DNA of 64,000 nucleotides from Escherichia coli (GTDB lineage Bacteria; Pseudomonadota; Gammaproteobacteria; Enterobacterales; Enterobacteriaceae): NCBI RefSeq assembly GCF_003790525.1, contig NZ_CP033635.1; one strand, 5' to 3'. Shown piece by piece: positions 50,553 to 64,000 of this stretch (position 1 is its first letter; each line of letters starts with the position of its first letter). The notes under the pieces were generated by a model. It saw only the letters and a program-made list of their open reading frames with translations, ran no database searches and was not told where the DNA came from. The position numbers and the translations under genes were made by a program.

Positions 50553-51894
50553 GTTTAATTTCCTGTTTGCGCAGAAGCATTCTGGCTTTCACCAGTTCAA
50601 GATGGTTTTCAGGAAGTTCCAGGCTTAGCGTATTCAGAAGAGCGTTAGCGTTGATAAAGTCGTTTTTCTGAATCAGATCCAAAAGATCGTTAAGTTTTTC
50701 TGCCACTGTCGCATTGCGAATATCCGTATCCATCACATTCAAAAGCACAGTATTCGCATCTTGCCCATACAGAGACGGGAGCTGCGTTAATTCGCCATTA
50801 TCCAGAGAATAAACCAGCACATCTTTGTAATCACTGATCACTAAAGGAGAGTGGGTTGTTAAGACAAACTGGCAATGTGGGAATGTTGTCGTCAGACGCT
50901 GGATGATTGTACGCTGCCATGTTGGATGCAGGTGCATGTCCACTTCATCAATTAATACAATTCCCTCGCCGTTTAGCGGGTTTTCTAACATCGGGTTCAT
51001 CATTGCCAGGCGGCGAGCAATATCGCCGACTAACGCCATCAGTGATTTTTCACCCTGCGATAATTGCAGCACATTCAGTGTCTGGCCATTTTTATCAATC
51101 GACATATGCAGGCGAGGTTTACGCCTGACGCGTAAGTTGCTGAACCCTGGCATAAAGCGACTAATGGCCGTTCTGACGGCGGTCAACTGGCGATCCCGGG
51201 ACGAGGCCATGATTGCCGTTAATGCATTTAAGACGGTGTTATCGAGATCTATCCTGGTACTGAGCTTATCCAGAACGTCTTGGGGTAAGCCCGATTCATT
51301 TTCTGCATCTTCGCGATTGCGAAACCACTCAAAGAAACGGCGGAAATCAATACCCTGATTCAGGGCGTTATCGTAGCCATCCAGTTGCAAAAAATTATGA
51401 CGTTCTTTTATTTTCAACGGCACATCCAGCACGACACGTTCTACGGGATAGAAGGCGATAAGCGGGAAGGATGCCCCGCTATTCTGGGTGTATTGATCTC
51501 GATAAAACGCAGCCAATTGGCTGGCCTCTTGCAGGCTGGAGGCGGTGGTCGATTTTTTCCCACTGGCCGTTCTGGCAAGCAACCAACGGTAGGGCGTAGC
51601 GGCCTCCGTCGCTGGATGCGTATTCAGTACCTGAAGTTCAATTGTCGCCGAACTCCTACCGTTCAGAATAGCGTCTTCAGGAATAGGGCTACCGTTACCT
51701 TTTTCAGTACGAACTCGGGCAACGAACCAACTCAGGCTGGTTGCCAACGATTTTAATATTGATGTTTTACCTGCACCATTATTACCAATAAAAACGGTCA
51801 CATTGCTCTTGAACTCCTCCACTGGAGCCAGATGAACTTCAAGTTCTTCAAACCGCCCCAGATTAGTGAGCTTAAGCGTGCGGATATTCATCAT
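50536..51894 (-). CDS. ABC-type (AAA_15/AAA_21) ATPase, Septu PtuA-like
   Basis: 452 aa. Walker A GNNGAGKTS, ABC signature LSQGEKSLMALV, Walker B IVLIDEVDMHLHP, H-loop TTHSPLV. Confidence 0.75.
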   Translation of the reverse strand: MMNIRTLKLTNLGRFEELEVHLAPVEEFKSNVTVFIGNNGAGKTSILKSLATSLSWFVARVRTEKGNGSPIPEDAILNGRSSATIELQVLNTHPATEAATPYRWLLARTASGKKSTTASSLQEASQLAAFYRDQYTQNSGASFPLIAFYPVERVVLDVPLKIKERHNFLQLDGYDNALNQGIDFRRFFEWFRNREDAENESGLPQDVLDKLSTRIDLDNTVLNALTAIMASSRDRQLTAVRTAISRFMPGFSNLRVRRKPRLHMSIDKNGQTLNVLQLSQGEKSLMALVGDIARRLAMMNPMLENPLNGEGIVLIDEVDMHLHPTWQRTIIQRLTTTFPHCQFVLTTHSPLVISDYKDVLVYSLDNGELTQLPSLYGQDANTVLLNVMDTDIRNATVAEKLNDLLDLIQKNDFINANALLNTLSLELPENHLELVKARMLLRKQEIKHARNN

Positions 51895-51979
51895 TGAGTG
51901 CCCTGCGTTGAGTTCTGTTTGGATAATCTTACACTTAACCGTCGACGTCTGTCAGTGAAAGCGTATGCCCGTCATGATG

Positions 51980-52531
51980 TCAGGGCAATTCCGGCGGCAG
52001 CCACTCATCCACTTCTATCAACACCAGCAATGCCGCATCACCACCGTACTCTTTCGGTGCCTGATGAAATGCCATTACATGGGGATGTTGCGCCAGCCAC
52101 AGTGGCGTTTGCTGCTTCAAAATATGCTTACCATGACCATGCATCACACAGGCGCAAAACACATGTTCGCGGCGACAGGCGGCAATCAATGCGCCTAACT
52201 CCTGCTTGGCTTGCAGCTGCGTCAAACCGTGCAAATCCAAAAACAGCTCCGGTGAATAATCACCGCGCCGCAGTTTCTTCGCTTCAAAATGGCTGACATC
52301 CGGGCGAACATATTTCACCGGACCTTCGGTATTTAATAATGGTTGAAACTCATCGGAGAAATAATGGCTGGCATCGGCCTGCTCCTGAATCAACCGCTTG
52401 ACCGGCACTTCGCTGATTTTTTTACGCTGCGGTCGGTGGACAATCGTGTCCTGCTTAATCTTGCGAGTCCCCGCCATCAACTGGCGAAACAGCGCCTGGT
52501 CCTCCTCGCTAAGTGTTGTTTTCTTTTTCAT
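51980..52531 (-). CDS. smrB: Ribosome-rescue endonuclease SmrB (Smr domain)
   Basis: 183 aa with the Smr domain [15 protein letters not shown]. Confidence 0.93.
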
Positions 52532-52696
52532 TTATCTGTCTCTATTTTTAATTTTCCTACAGTTTACCCGACTCACCGTACAATCGATCGCTTAAAACGT
52601 ATTTTTCCTCACTCACCGCGCGTGAATGCTGATTTATCGTCATCTTCATGGCAAACTAGCCGCCGAAATTATTGCGATCATGCCCTGGAGGAATAC

Positions 52697-53629
52697 GTGG
52701 ATAAAATTTTCGTTGATGAAGCAGTAAATGAGCTGCAAACCATTCAGGACATGTTGCGCTGGTCGGTGAGCCGCTTCAGCGCGGCGAATATCTGGTACGG
52801 CCACGGCACTGATAACCCGTGGGATGAAGCCGTGCAACTGGTGTTGCCTTCACTCTACCTGCCGCTGGATATCCCGGAAGACATGCGCACCGCGCGTCTG
52901 ACCTCCAGCGAAAAACACCGTATTGTTGAGCGCGTGATCCGCCGCGTCAACGAACGCATTCCGGTGGCTTACCTGACCAACAAAGCCTGGTTCTGCGGTC
53001 ATGAATTTTACGTCGATGAACGCGTGCTGGTGCCGCGCTCGCCGATTGGTGAACTGATCAACAATAAATTTGCCGGACTCATCAGCAAGCAACCGCAGCA
53101 CATTTTAGATATGTGTACCGGTAGCGGCTGCATCGCCATTGCCTGTGCTTATGCCTTCCCGGATGCAGAAGTCGACGCGGTTGATATCTCTCCCGACGCG
53201 CTGGCGGTTGCCGAACAGAATATCGAAGAACACGGTCTGATCCACAACGTCATTCCGATTCGCTCCGACTTGTTCCGTGATTTACCGAAAGTGCAGTACG
53301 ACCTGATTGTCACTAACCCGCCGTATGTCGATGCGGAAGATATGTCCGACCTGCCAAACGAATACCGCCACGAGCCGGAACTGGGCCTGGCATCTGGCAC
53401 CGACGGCCTGAAACTGACGCGTCGCATTCTCGGAAACGCGGCAGATTACCTCGCTGATGATGGCGTGCTGATTTGTGAAGTCGGCAACAGCATGGTACAT
53501 CTTATGGAACAATATCCGGATGTTCCGTTCACCTGGCTGGAGTTTGATAACGGCGGCGATGGTGTGTTTATGCTCACCAAAGAGCAGCTGCTGGCGGCCC
53601 GTGAACATTTCGCGATTTATAAAGATTAA
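52697..53629 (+). CDS. prmB: Ribosomal protein L3 glutamine methyltransferase (GTG start)
   Basis: Begins (V)[16 protein letters not shown] with the NPPY motif. The listed ORF is extended upstream, but the protein proper starts at GTG 52697. Confidence 0.9.
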   Translation: MDKIFVDEAVNELQTIQDMLRWSVSRFSAANIWYGHGTDNPWDEAVQLVLPSLYLPLDIPEDMRTARLTSSEKHRIVERVIRRVNERIPVAYLTNKAWFCGHEFYVDERVLVPRSPIGELINNKFAGLISKQPQHILDMCTGSGCIAIACAYAFPDAEVDAVDISPDALAVAEQNIEEHGLIHNVIPIRSDLFRDLPKVQYDLIVTNPPYVDAEDMSDLPNEYRHEPELGLASGTDGLKLTRRILGNAADYLADDGVLICEVGNSMVHLMEQYPDVPFTWLEFDNGGDGVFMLTKEQLLAAREHFAIYKD

Positions 53630-53663
53630 GTAAACACGCAAACACAACAATAACGGAGCCGTG

Positions 53664-54749
53664 ATGGCTGGAAACACAATTGGACAACTCTTTCGCGTAA
53701 CCACCTTCGGCGAATCGCACGGGCTGGCGCTCGGCTGCATCGTCGATGGTGTTCCGCCAGGCATTCCGCTGACGGAAGCGGACCTGCAACATGACCTCGA
53801 CCGTCGTCGCCCTGGGACATCGCGCTATACCACCCAGCGTCGTGAGCCGGATCAGGTCAAAATTCTCTCCGGTGTTTTTGAAGGCGTTACTACCGGCACC
53901 AGCATCGGATTGTTGATCGAAAATACCGACCAGCGTTCTCAGGATTATAGTGCGATTAAGGACGTTTTCCGTCCAGGTCATGCCGATTACACTTACGAAC
54001 AAAAATACGGCCTGCGCGATTATCGCGGCGGCGGGCGCTCTTCCGCCCGAGAAACCGCCATGCGCGTGGCGGCAGGGGCGATTGCCAAAAAATATCTCGC
54101 CGAGAAATTTGGTATTGAAATCCGCGGCTGCCTGACCCAGATGGGTGACATTCCGCTGGAAATCAAAGACTGGTCGCAGGTCGAGCAAAATCCGTTTTTC
54201 TGCCCGGACCCGGACAAAATCGACGCGTTAGATGAACTGATGCGCGCGCTGAAAAAAGAGGGCGACTCCATCGGCGCGAAAGTCACCGTTGTTGCCAGTG
54301 GCGTCCCCGCCGGACTTGGCGAGCCGGTCTTTGATCGCCTGGATGCCGACATCGCCCATGCGCTGATGAGCATCAACGCGGTGAAAGGCGTAGAAATTGG
54401 TGATGGTTTTGACGTGGTAGCGCTGCGTGGCAGCCAGAACCGCGACGAAATCACCAAAGACGGATTCCAGAGCAACCATGCGGGCGGCATTCTTGGCGGT
54501 ATCAGCAGCGGGCAGCAAATCATTGCCCATATGGCGCTGAAGCCAACCTCCAGTATTACCGTGCCGGGGCGCACCATTAACCGCTTTGGCGAAGAAGTTG
54601 AGATGATCACCAAAGGTCGTCACGATCCTTGTGTTGGGATCCGCGCGGTGCCGATCGCGGAAGCGATGCTAGCGATCGTTTTAATGGATCACCTGTTACG
54701 GCAACGGGCGCAAAATGCCGATGTGAAGACTGATATTCCACGCTGGTAA
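53664..54749 (+). CDS. aroC: Chorismate synthase
   Basis: [21 protein letters not shown]-terminus, 361 aa. Confidence 0.95.
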   Translation: MAGNTIGQLFRVTTFGESHGLALGCIVDGVPPGIPLTEADLQHDLDRRRPGTSRYTTQRREPDQVKILSGVFEGVTTGTSIGLLIENTDQRSQDYSAIKDVFRPGHADYTYEQKYGLRDYRGGGRSSARETAMRVAAGAIAKKYLAEKFGIEIRGCLTQMGDIPLEIKDWSQVEQNPFFCPDPDKIDALDELMRALKKEGDSIGAKVTVVASGVPAGLGEPVFDRLDADIAHALMSINAVKGVEIGDGFDVVALRGSQNRDEITKDGFQSNHAGGILGGISSGQQIIAHMALKPTSSITVPGRTINRFGEEVEMITKGRHDPCVGIRAVPIAEAMLAIVLMDHLLRQRAQNADVKTDIPRW

Positions 54750-54752
54750 AAA

Positions 54753-55577
54753 ATGAACAAAACCGCGATTGCGCTGCTGGCCCTGCTTGCCAGTAGCGCC
54801 AGCCTGGCAGCGACGCCGTGGCAAAAAATAACCCAACCTGTGCCGGGTAGCGCACAATCGATAGGCAGTTTTTCCAATGGTTGTATCGTCGGCGCTGACA
54901 CGCTGCCGATACAGTCCGAGCATTATCAGGTCATGCGTACCGATCAGCGTCGCTATTTCGGGCACCCGGATCTGGTGATGTTTATCCAGCGTCTGAGTCG
55001 CCAGGTGAGCAATCTGGGCATGGGTACGGTGCTGATTGGCGATATGGGGATGCCCGCTGGTGGTCGTTTCAACGGCGGTCACGCCAGCCACCAGACCGGA
55101 CTGGATGTCGATATCTTCCTGCAACTGCCGAAAACACGCTGGACCTCCGCGCAGCTCTTGCGCCCGCAAGCTCTGGACTTAGTTTCCCGCGACGGTAAAC
55201 ACGTTGTCCCCGCGCTGTGGAAGCCAGAAATTTTCAGCTTGATCAAACTCGCCGCCCAGGACAAAGACGTCACGCGCATTTTTGTTAATCCGGCGATTAA
55301 ACAACAACTTTGCCTTGATGCGGGCACCGATCGCGACTGGTTACGTAAAGTGCGACCCTGGTTCCAGCATCGCGCGCATATGCATGTACGATTACGTTGT
55401 CCTGCCGATAGTCTGGAGTGTGAAGATCAACCTTTACCGCCACCAGGCGATGGTTGCGGGGCAGAACTGCAAAGCTGGTTTGAACCACCAAAACCGGGAA
55501 CAACAAAGCCTGAGAAGAAGACACCGCCTCCGTTGCCGCCTTCCTGCCAGGCGCTACTGGATGAGCACGTGATCTAA
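54753..55577 (+). CDS. mepA: Penicillin-insensitive murein DD-endopeptidase MepA
   Basis: 274 aa with signal peptide and LAS-family metallopeptidase His motifs. Confidence 0.93.
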   Translation: MNKTAIALLALLASSASLAATPWQKITQPVPGSAQSIGSFSNGCIVGADTLPIQSEHYQVMRTDQRRYFGHPDLVMFIQRLSRQVSNLGMGTVLIGDMGMPAGGRFNGGHASHQTGLDVDIFLQLPKTRWTSAQLLRPQALDLVSRDGKHVVPALWKPEIFSLIKLAAQDKDVTRIFVNPAIKQQLCLDAGTDRDWLRKVRPWFQHRAHMHVRLRCPADSLECEDQPLPPPGDGCGAELQSWFEPPKPGTTKPEKKTPPPLPPSCQALLDEHVI

Positions 55578-56386
55578 TGGAAACGTTTAATAGCCTGTTT
55601 ATGGTTTCCCCGCTGTTGCTGGGAGTTCTCTTTTTTGTCGCCATGCTGGCGGGATTTATCGACTCGATTGCCGGTGGCGGTGGGTTACTCACCATTCCGG
55701 CATTGATGGCGGCGGGGATGTCTCCGGCTAACGCGCTGGCAACTAATAAACTGCAAGCCTGCGGCGGCTCTATTTCCGCCACTATCTACTTTATTCGGCG
55801 CAAAGTGGTTAGCTTAAGCGATCAGAAACTCAATATCGCCATGACCTTTGTCGGCTCAATGAGCGGCGCGCTGTTGGTGCAGTATGTTCAGGCCGATGTC
55901 TTACGGCAGATTTTACCGATCCTGGTGATTTGTATCGGCCTCTATTTTTTGCTGATGCCAAAACTGGGAGAAGAAGATCGCCAGCGCCGGATGTATGGAC
56001 TGCCATTTGCGCTGGTGGCGGGGGGCTGCGTCGGTTTTTACGATGGATTCTTTGGCCCGGCTGCTGGGTCGTTTTACGCGCTGGCCTTTGTTACGCTGTG
56101 CGGATTCAACCTCGCCAAAGCCACGGCCCACGCCAAATTACTCAACGCAACGTCAAACATCGGTGGTTTGCTGCTGTTTATTCTCGGCGGCAAAGTGATT
56201 TGGGCGACAGGATTTGTGATGTTGGTAGGACAGTTCCTCGGCGCGCGCATGGGGTCAAGACTGGTGTTGAGCAAAGGACAAAAGCTGATCCGCCCGATGA
56301 TCGTTATCGTCTCGGCGGTGATGAGTGCCAAATTACTTTACGATAGCCACGGACAGGAGATCCTCCACTGGTTGGGGATGAACTAA
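55577..56386 (+). CDS. yfcA: TauE/SafE-family inner membrane protein YfcA
   Basis: 269 aa polytopic membrane protein. Overlapping ATGG junction with mepA. Confidence 0.9.
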   Translation: METFNSLFMVSPLLLGVLFFVAMLAGFIDSIAGGGGLLTIPALMAAGMSPANALATNKLQACGGSISATIYFIRRKVVSLSDQKLNIAMTFVGSMSGALLVQYVQADVLRQILPILVICIGLYFLLMPKLGEEDRQRRMYGLPFALVAGGCVGFYDGFFGPAAGSFYALAFVTLCGFNLAKATAHAKLLNATSNIGGLLLFILGGKVIWATGFVMLVGQFLGARMGSRLVLSKGQKLIRPMIVIVSAVMSAKLLYDSHGQEILHWLGMN

Positions 56387-56934
56387 TGAACAGTACACAC
56401 CACTATGAGCAGTTGATTGAGATTTTTAATAGCTGCTTTGCCGATGAATTTAATACCCGTCTGATTAAAGGCGACGACGAACCGATCTATCTTCCTGCTG
56501 ATGCGGAAGCACCGTATAACAGAATCGTCTTCGCTCATGGCTTTTATGCCAGCGCCATCCACGAGATTTCGCACTGGTGTATTGCCGGGAAAGCGCGCCG
56601 TGAGCTGGTTGATTTCGGTTACTGGTATTGCCCGGACGGACGCGATGCCCAAACGCAAAGCCAGTTTGAAGATGTTGAAGTGAAGCCGCAGGCGCTGGAC
56701 TGGTTGTTCTGCGTGGCGGCGGGATATCCGTTTAATGTTAGCTGCGACAATCTGGAAGGGGATTTCGAACCGGATCGTGTGGTGTTTCAACGGCGGGTAC
56801 ATGCGCAGGTGATGGATTATCTGGCAAACGGCATTCCCGAACGTCCGGCACGCTTCATTAAAGCACTACAAAATTATTATCACACGCCGGAACTTACGGC
56901 GGAACAGTTCCCGTGGCCGGAAGCGCTCAACTGA
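56386..56934 (+). CDS. epmC: EF-P beta-lysyl-lysine hydroxylase EpmC (YfcM)
   Basis: 182 aa. K-12 synteny yfcA-epmC-yfcL. Confidence 0.9.
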   Translation: MNSTHHYEQLIEIFNSCFADEFNTRLIKGDDEPIYLPADAEAPYNRIVFAHGFYASAIHEISHWCIAGKARRELVDFGYWYCPDGRDAQTQSQFEDVEVKPQALDWLFCVAAGYPFNVSCDNLEGDFEPDRVVFQRRVHAQVMDYLANGIPERPARFIKALQNYYHTPELTAEQFPWPEALN

Positions 56935-56967
56935 AGCCAGCGCCACGTTTTACAATGAGGAAAGAAG

Positions 56968-57246
56968 ATGATCGCGGAGTTTGAATCACGCATTCTGGCA
57001 TTAATCGACGGTATGGTTGACTATGCCAGTGATGATGAGTTGTTTGCCAGTGGGTATTTGCGTGGCCACCTGACATTAGCCATCGCAGAACTGGAAAGTG
57101 GTGACGACCACTCCGCTCAGGCGGTACATACAACCGTTAGCCAGAGTCTGGAAAAAGCTATTGGTGCCGGTGAATTGTCGCCGCGTGACCAGGCGCTGGT
57201 GACCGATATGTGGGAACACCTGTTTCAGCAGGCGTCACAGCAGTAA
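56968..57246 (+). CDS. yfcL: Conserved small protein YfcL
   Basis: 92 aa. K-12 synteny. Confidence 0.85.
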   Translation: MIAEFESRILALIDGMVDYASDDELFASGYLRGHLTLAIAELESGDDHSAQAVHTTVSQSLEKAIGAGELSPRDQALVTDMWEHLFQQASQQ

Positions 57247-57301
57247 GTAATGTGCCGGATGCGGCGTTCACGCCATATCCGGCAAGCAATGCCAGAGCAG
57301 A

Positions 57302-59374
<2,073 letters not shown>

Positions 59375-59466
59375 CTATTAATTGGCTGATCGGACTTGTT
59401 CGGCGTACAAGTGTACGCTATTGTGCATGCGAAACTTACTCTATGTGCGACTTACAGAGGTATTGA

Positions 59467-60687
59467 ATGAAACGTGCAGTGATTACTGGCCTGGGCATTG
59501 TTTCCAGCATCGGTAATAACCAGCAGGAAGTCCTGGCATCTCTGCGTGAAGGACGTTCAGGGATCACTTTCTCTCAGGAGCTGAAGGATTCCGGCATGCG
59601 TAGCCACGTCTGGGGCAACGTAAAACTGGATACCACTGGCCTCATTGACCGCAAAGTTGTGCGCTTTATGAGCGACGCATCCATTTATGCATTCCTTTCT
59701 ATGGAGCAGGCAATTGCAGATGCTGGCCTCTCCCCGGAAGCTTACCAGAATAACCCGCGCGTTGGCCTGATTGCAGGTTCCGGCGGCGGTTCCCCGCGTT
59801 TCCAGGTTTTCGGCGCTGACGCAATGCGCGGCCCGCGAGGCCTGAAAGCGGTTGGCCCGTATGTGGTCACCAAAGCGATGGCATCCGGCGTTTCTGCCTG
59901 CCTCGCCACGCCGTTTAAAATTCACGGCGTTAACTACTCCATCAGCTCCGCGTGTGCGACTTCCGCACACTGTATCGGTAACGCAGTAGAGCAGATCCAA
60001 CTGGGCAAACAGGACATCGTGTTTGCTGGCGGCGGCGAAGAGCTGTGCTGGGAAATGGCTTGCGAATTCGACGCGATGGGTGCGCTGTCTACTAAATACA
60101 ACGACACCCCGGAAAAAGCCTCCCGTACTTACGACGCTCACCGTGACGGTTTCGTTATCGCTGGCGGTGGCGGTATGGTAGTGGTTGAAGAGCTGGAACA
60201 CGCGCTGGCGCGTGGTGCTCACATCTATGCTGAAATCGTTGGCTACGGCGCAACCTCTGATGGCGCAGACATGGTTGCTCCGTCTGGCGAAGGTGCAGTG
60301 CGCTGCATGAAGATGGCGATGCACGGTGTTGATACCCCAATCGACTACCTGAACTCTCATGGTACTTCGACTCCGGTTGGCGACGTGAAAGAACTGGCAG
60401 CTATCCGTGAAGTGTTCGGCGATAAGAGCCCGGCGATTTCTGCAACCAAAGCAATGACCGGTCACTCACTGGGCGCTGCTGGCGTACAGGAAGCTATCTA
60501 CTCTCTGCTGATGCTGGAACACGGTTTTATCGCCCCGAGCATCAACATTGAAGAGCTGGACGAGCAGGCTGCGGGTCTGAACATCGTGACCGAAACGACC
60601 GATCGCGAACTGACCACCGTTATGTCTAACAGCTTCGGCTTCGGCGGCACTAACGCCACGCTGGTAATGCGCAAGCTGAAAGATTAA
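59467..60687 (+). CDS. fabB: 3-oxoacyl-ACP synthase I (KAS I)
   Basis: 406 aa with the Cys-His-His catalytic triad context (SSACATS...HGTST...GHSLGAAG). Confidence 0.96.
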
Positions 60688-60723
60688 TTCGGAGTGGTTA
60701 CGCACCAATGCGGCCTCCGGCAC

Positions 60724-60746
60724 TAACGCAAAAGGGAACCCGATGG
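60724..60746 (+). terminator. fabB intrinsic terminator
   Basis: GGGAACC-cgat-GGTTCCC followed by TTTTT. Confidence 0.8.
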
Positions 60747-60915
60747 TTCCCTTTTTCACATCATTGACAATCGCCGCCAGTTCCAGGCAAACTTCCCGCT
60801 TTGTCGATATCCTGCTAAAAAGACGTATGCGTTAAATCCTGCCAACGCACCGTAACCCTGAAACCAGAGAGATGAGACGGGGATACTCCTCGCCTTGCGC
60901 TGCATTCTGGAGTAA

Positions 60916-63089
<2,174 letters not shown>

Positions 63090-63187
63090 TACGTATCCTT
63101 ATACCTGAAATCTTCGCAAGTATGCCTGGCCGCGAGATTATGGCACACTTGTCCGGTTAACTCTCGTCTCATACAGGTAACACAAAC

Positions 63188-64000
63188 GTGAAAATCCTTG
63201 TTGATGAAAATATGCCTTATGCCCGCGACTTATTTAGCCGTTTGGGTGAGGTGACCGCGGTTCCCGGGCGTCCAATTCCCGTCGCTCAACTGGCCGACGC
63301 GGATGCGCTGATGGTGCGTTCGGTCACGAAAGTGAATGAATCTTTGCTGGCAGGAAAACCCATTAAATTTGTTGGCACTGCCACAGCGGGGACCGACCAT
63401 GTCGATGAAGCGTGGTTAAAGCAGGCGGGAATTGGTTTTTCCGCTGCACCTGGCTGTAATGCGATTGCGGTGGTGGAATATGTTTTCTCCTCCCTGCTGA
63501 TGCTTGCCGAACGCGATGGATTTTCACTGCACGAGCGTACCGTGGGGATCGTGGGCGTTGGTAACGTTGGTCGCCGTTTACAGGCACGACTGGAAGCGTT
63601 AGGGATTAAAACCTTACTTTGCGATCCGCCTCGCGCCGACCGTGGAGATGAGGGTGATTTCCGCTCGCTGGATGAATTAGTTCAGCATGCGGATATTCTG
63701 ACTTTCCATACGCCACTCTTTAAAGACGGGCCGTACAAAACGCTGCATCTGGCGGATGAAAAACTGATCCGCAGCCTGAAACCAGGAGCGATTCTGATTA
63801 ACGCCTGCCGTGGCGCAGTTGTCGATAATACCGCCCTGCTGACCTGCCTGAACGAAGGCCAGAAGTTAAGCGTAGTGCTGGATGTCTGGGAAGGCGAACC
63901 GGAACTTAACGTGGAATTGCTGAAAAAAGTGGATATCGGCACGCCGCATATCGCAGGCTATACCCTGGAAGGTAAAGCACGCGGTACTACGCAAGTGTTT
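63188..64000 (+). CDS. pdxB: Erythronate-4-phosphate dehydrogenase (5' part only; gene runs off the window end), GTG start
   Basis: Translation [22 protein letters not shown]... with the NAD-binding [12 protein letters not shown] motif of D-2-hydroxyacid dehydrogenases. Runs off the window end. Confidence 0.9.
   Translation, partial: MKILVDENMPYARDLFSRLGEVTAVPGRPIPVAQLADADALMVRSVTKVNESLLAGKPIKFVGTATAGTDHVDEAWLKQAGIGFSAAPGCNAIAVVEYVFSSLLMLAERDGFSLHERTVGIVGVGNVGRRLQARLEALGIKTLLCDPPRADRGDEGDFRSLDELVQHADILTFHTPLFKDGPYKTLHLADEKLIRSLKPGAILINACRGAVVDNTALLTCLNEGQKLSVVLDVWEGEPELNVELLKKVDIGTPHIAGYTLEGKARGTTQVF

Noticed and set aside
52343-52696. Upstream extension of the prmB ORF ([12 protein letters not shown]...)
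   Set aside because: The N-terminal extension overlaps the divergent smrB upstream region and has no homolog. The conserved PrmB N-terminus begins at the GTG at 52697.

Overview
This window is Escherichia coli chromosome, read in reverse relative to K-12 map order. Its content places it in a UPEC/CFT073-like strain, not K-12. Conserved backbone in order: evgS (first 7 codons, minus), evgA, emrK, emrY, dsdA, dsdX, dsdC, argW tRNA, yfdC, mlaA, yfdF-like, fadL, yfcZ, fadI, fadJ, sixA, the yfcV-usher-yfcS-yfcR-yfcQ-yfcP-yfcO fimbrial operon (usher intact), smrB, prmB, aroC, mepA, yfcA, epmC, yfcL, mnmC, fabB, yfcJ, flk and pdxB (5' part only). Two accessory blocks replace the K-12 CPS-53 prophage between dsdC and argW. 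(1) About 7.7-19.9 kb: two divergent FimB/FimE-type tyrosine recombinases, a LuxR-type regulator, a 2637-aa AIDA-type autotransporter and an Skp/OmpH-like chaperone paralog. This matches the ipuA/ipbA-ipuS-ipuR-upaE phase-variation locus described in UPEC. (2) About 19.95-32.7 kb: a 12.7-kb P4-like satellite/PICI-like element integrated at the 3' end of argW. A 19-bp imperfect direct repeat of the tRNA 3' end marks its far boundary. It carries a P4-type integrase, alpA, a P4-alpha-like primase-helicase, a second P2-Int-like tyrosine recombinase, an iteron-rich palindromic ori-like region and an Ogr/Delta zinc-finger activator. At the att-distal end, where P4-like satellites usually carry defence cargo, sit an RHH regulator with six operator repeats, a translationally coupled two-gene operon of unrecognisable function, and a PemIK/MazEF-family toxin-antitoxin pair. 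A third accessory islet between yfcO and smrB holds a Septu-like pair, an ABC ATPase and an HNH nuclease. The most interesting candidate is the uncharacterised RHH plus two-gene module in the satellite hotspot. The ori-like inverted-repeat structure with a C9 homopolymer next to the second recombinase is the next most notable.
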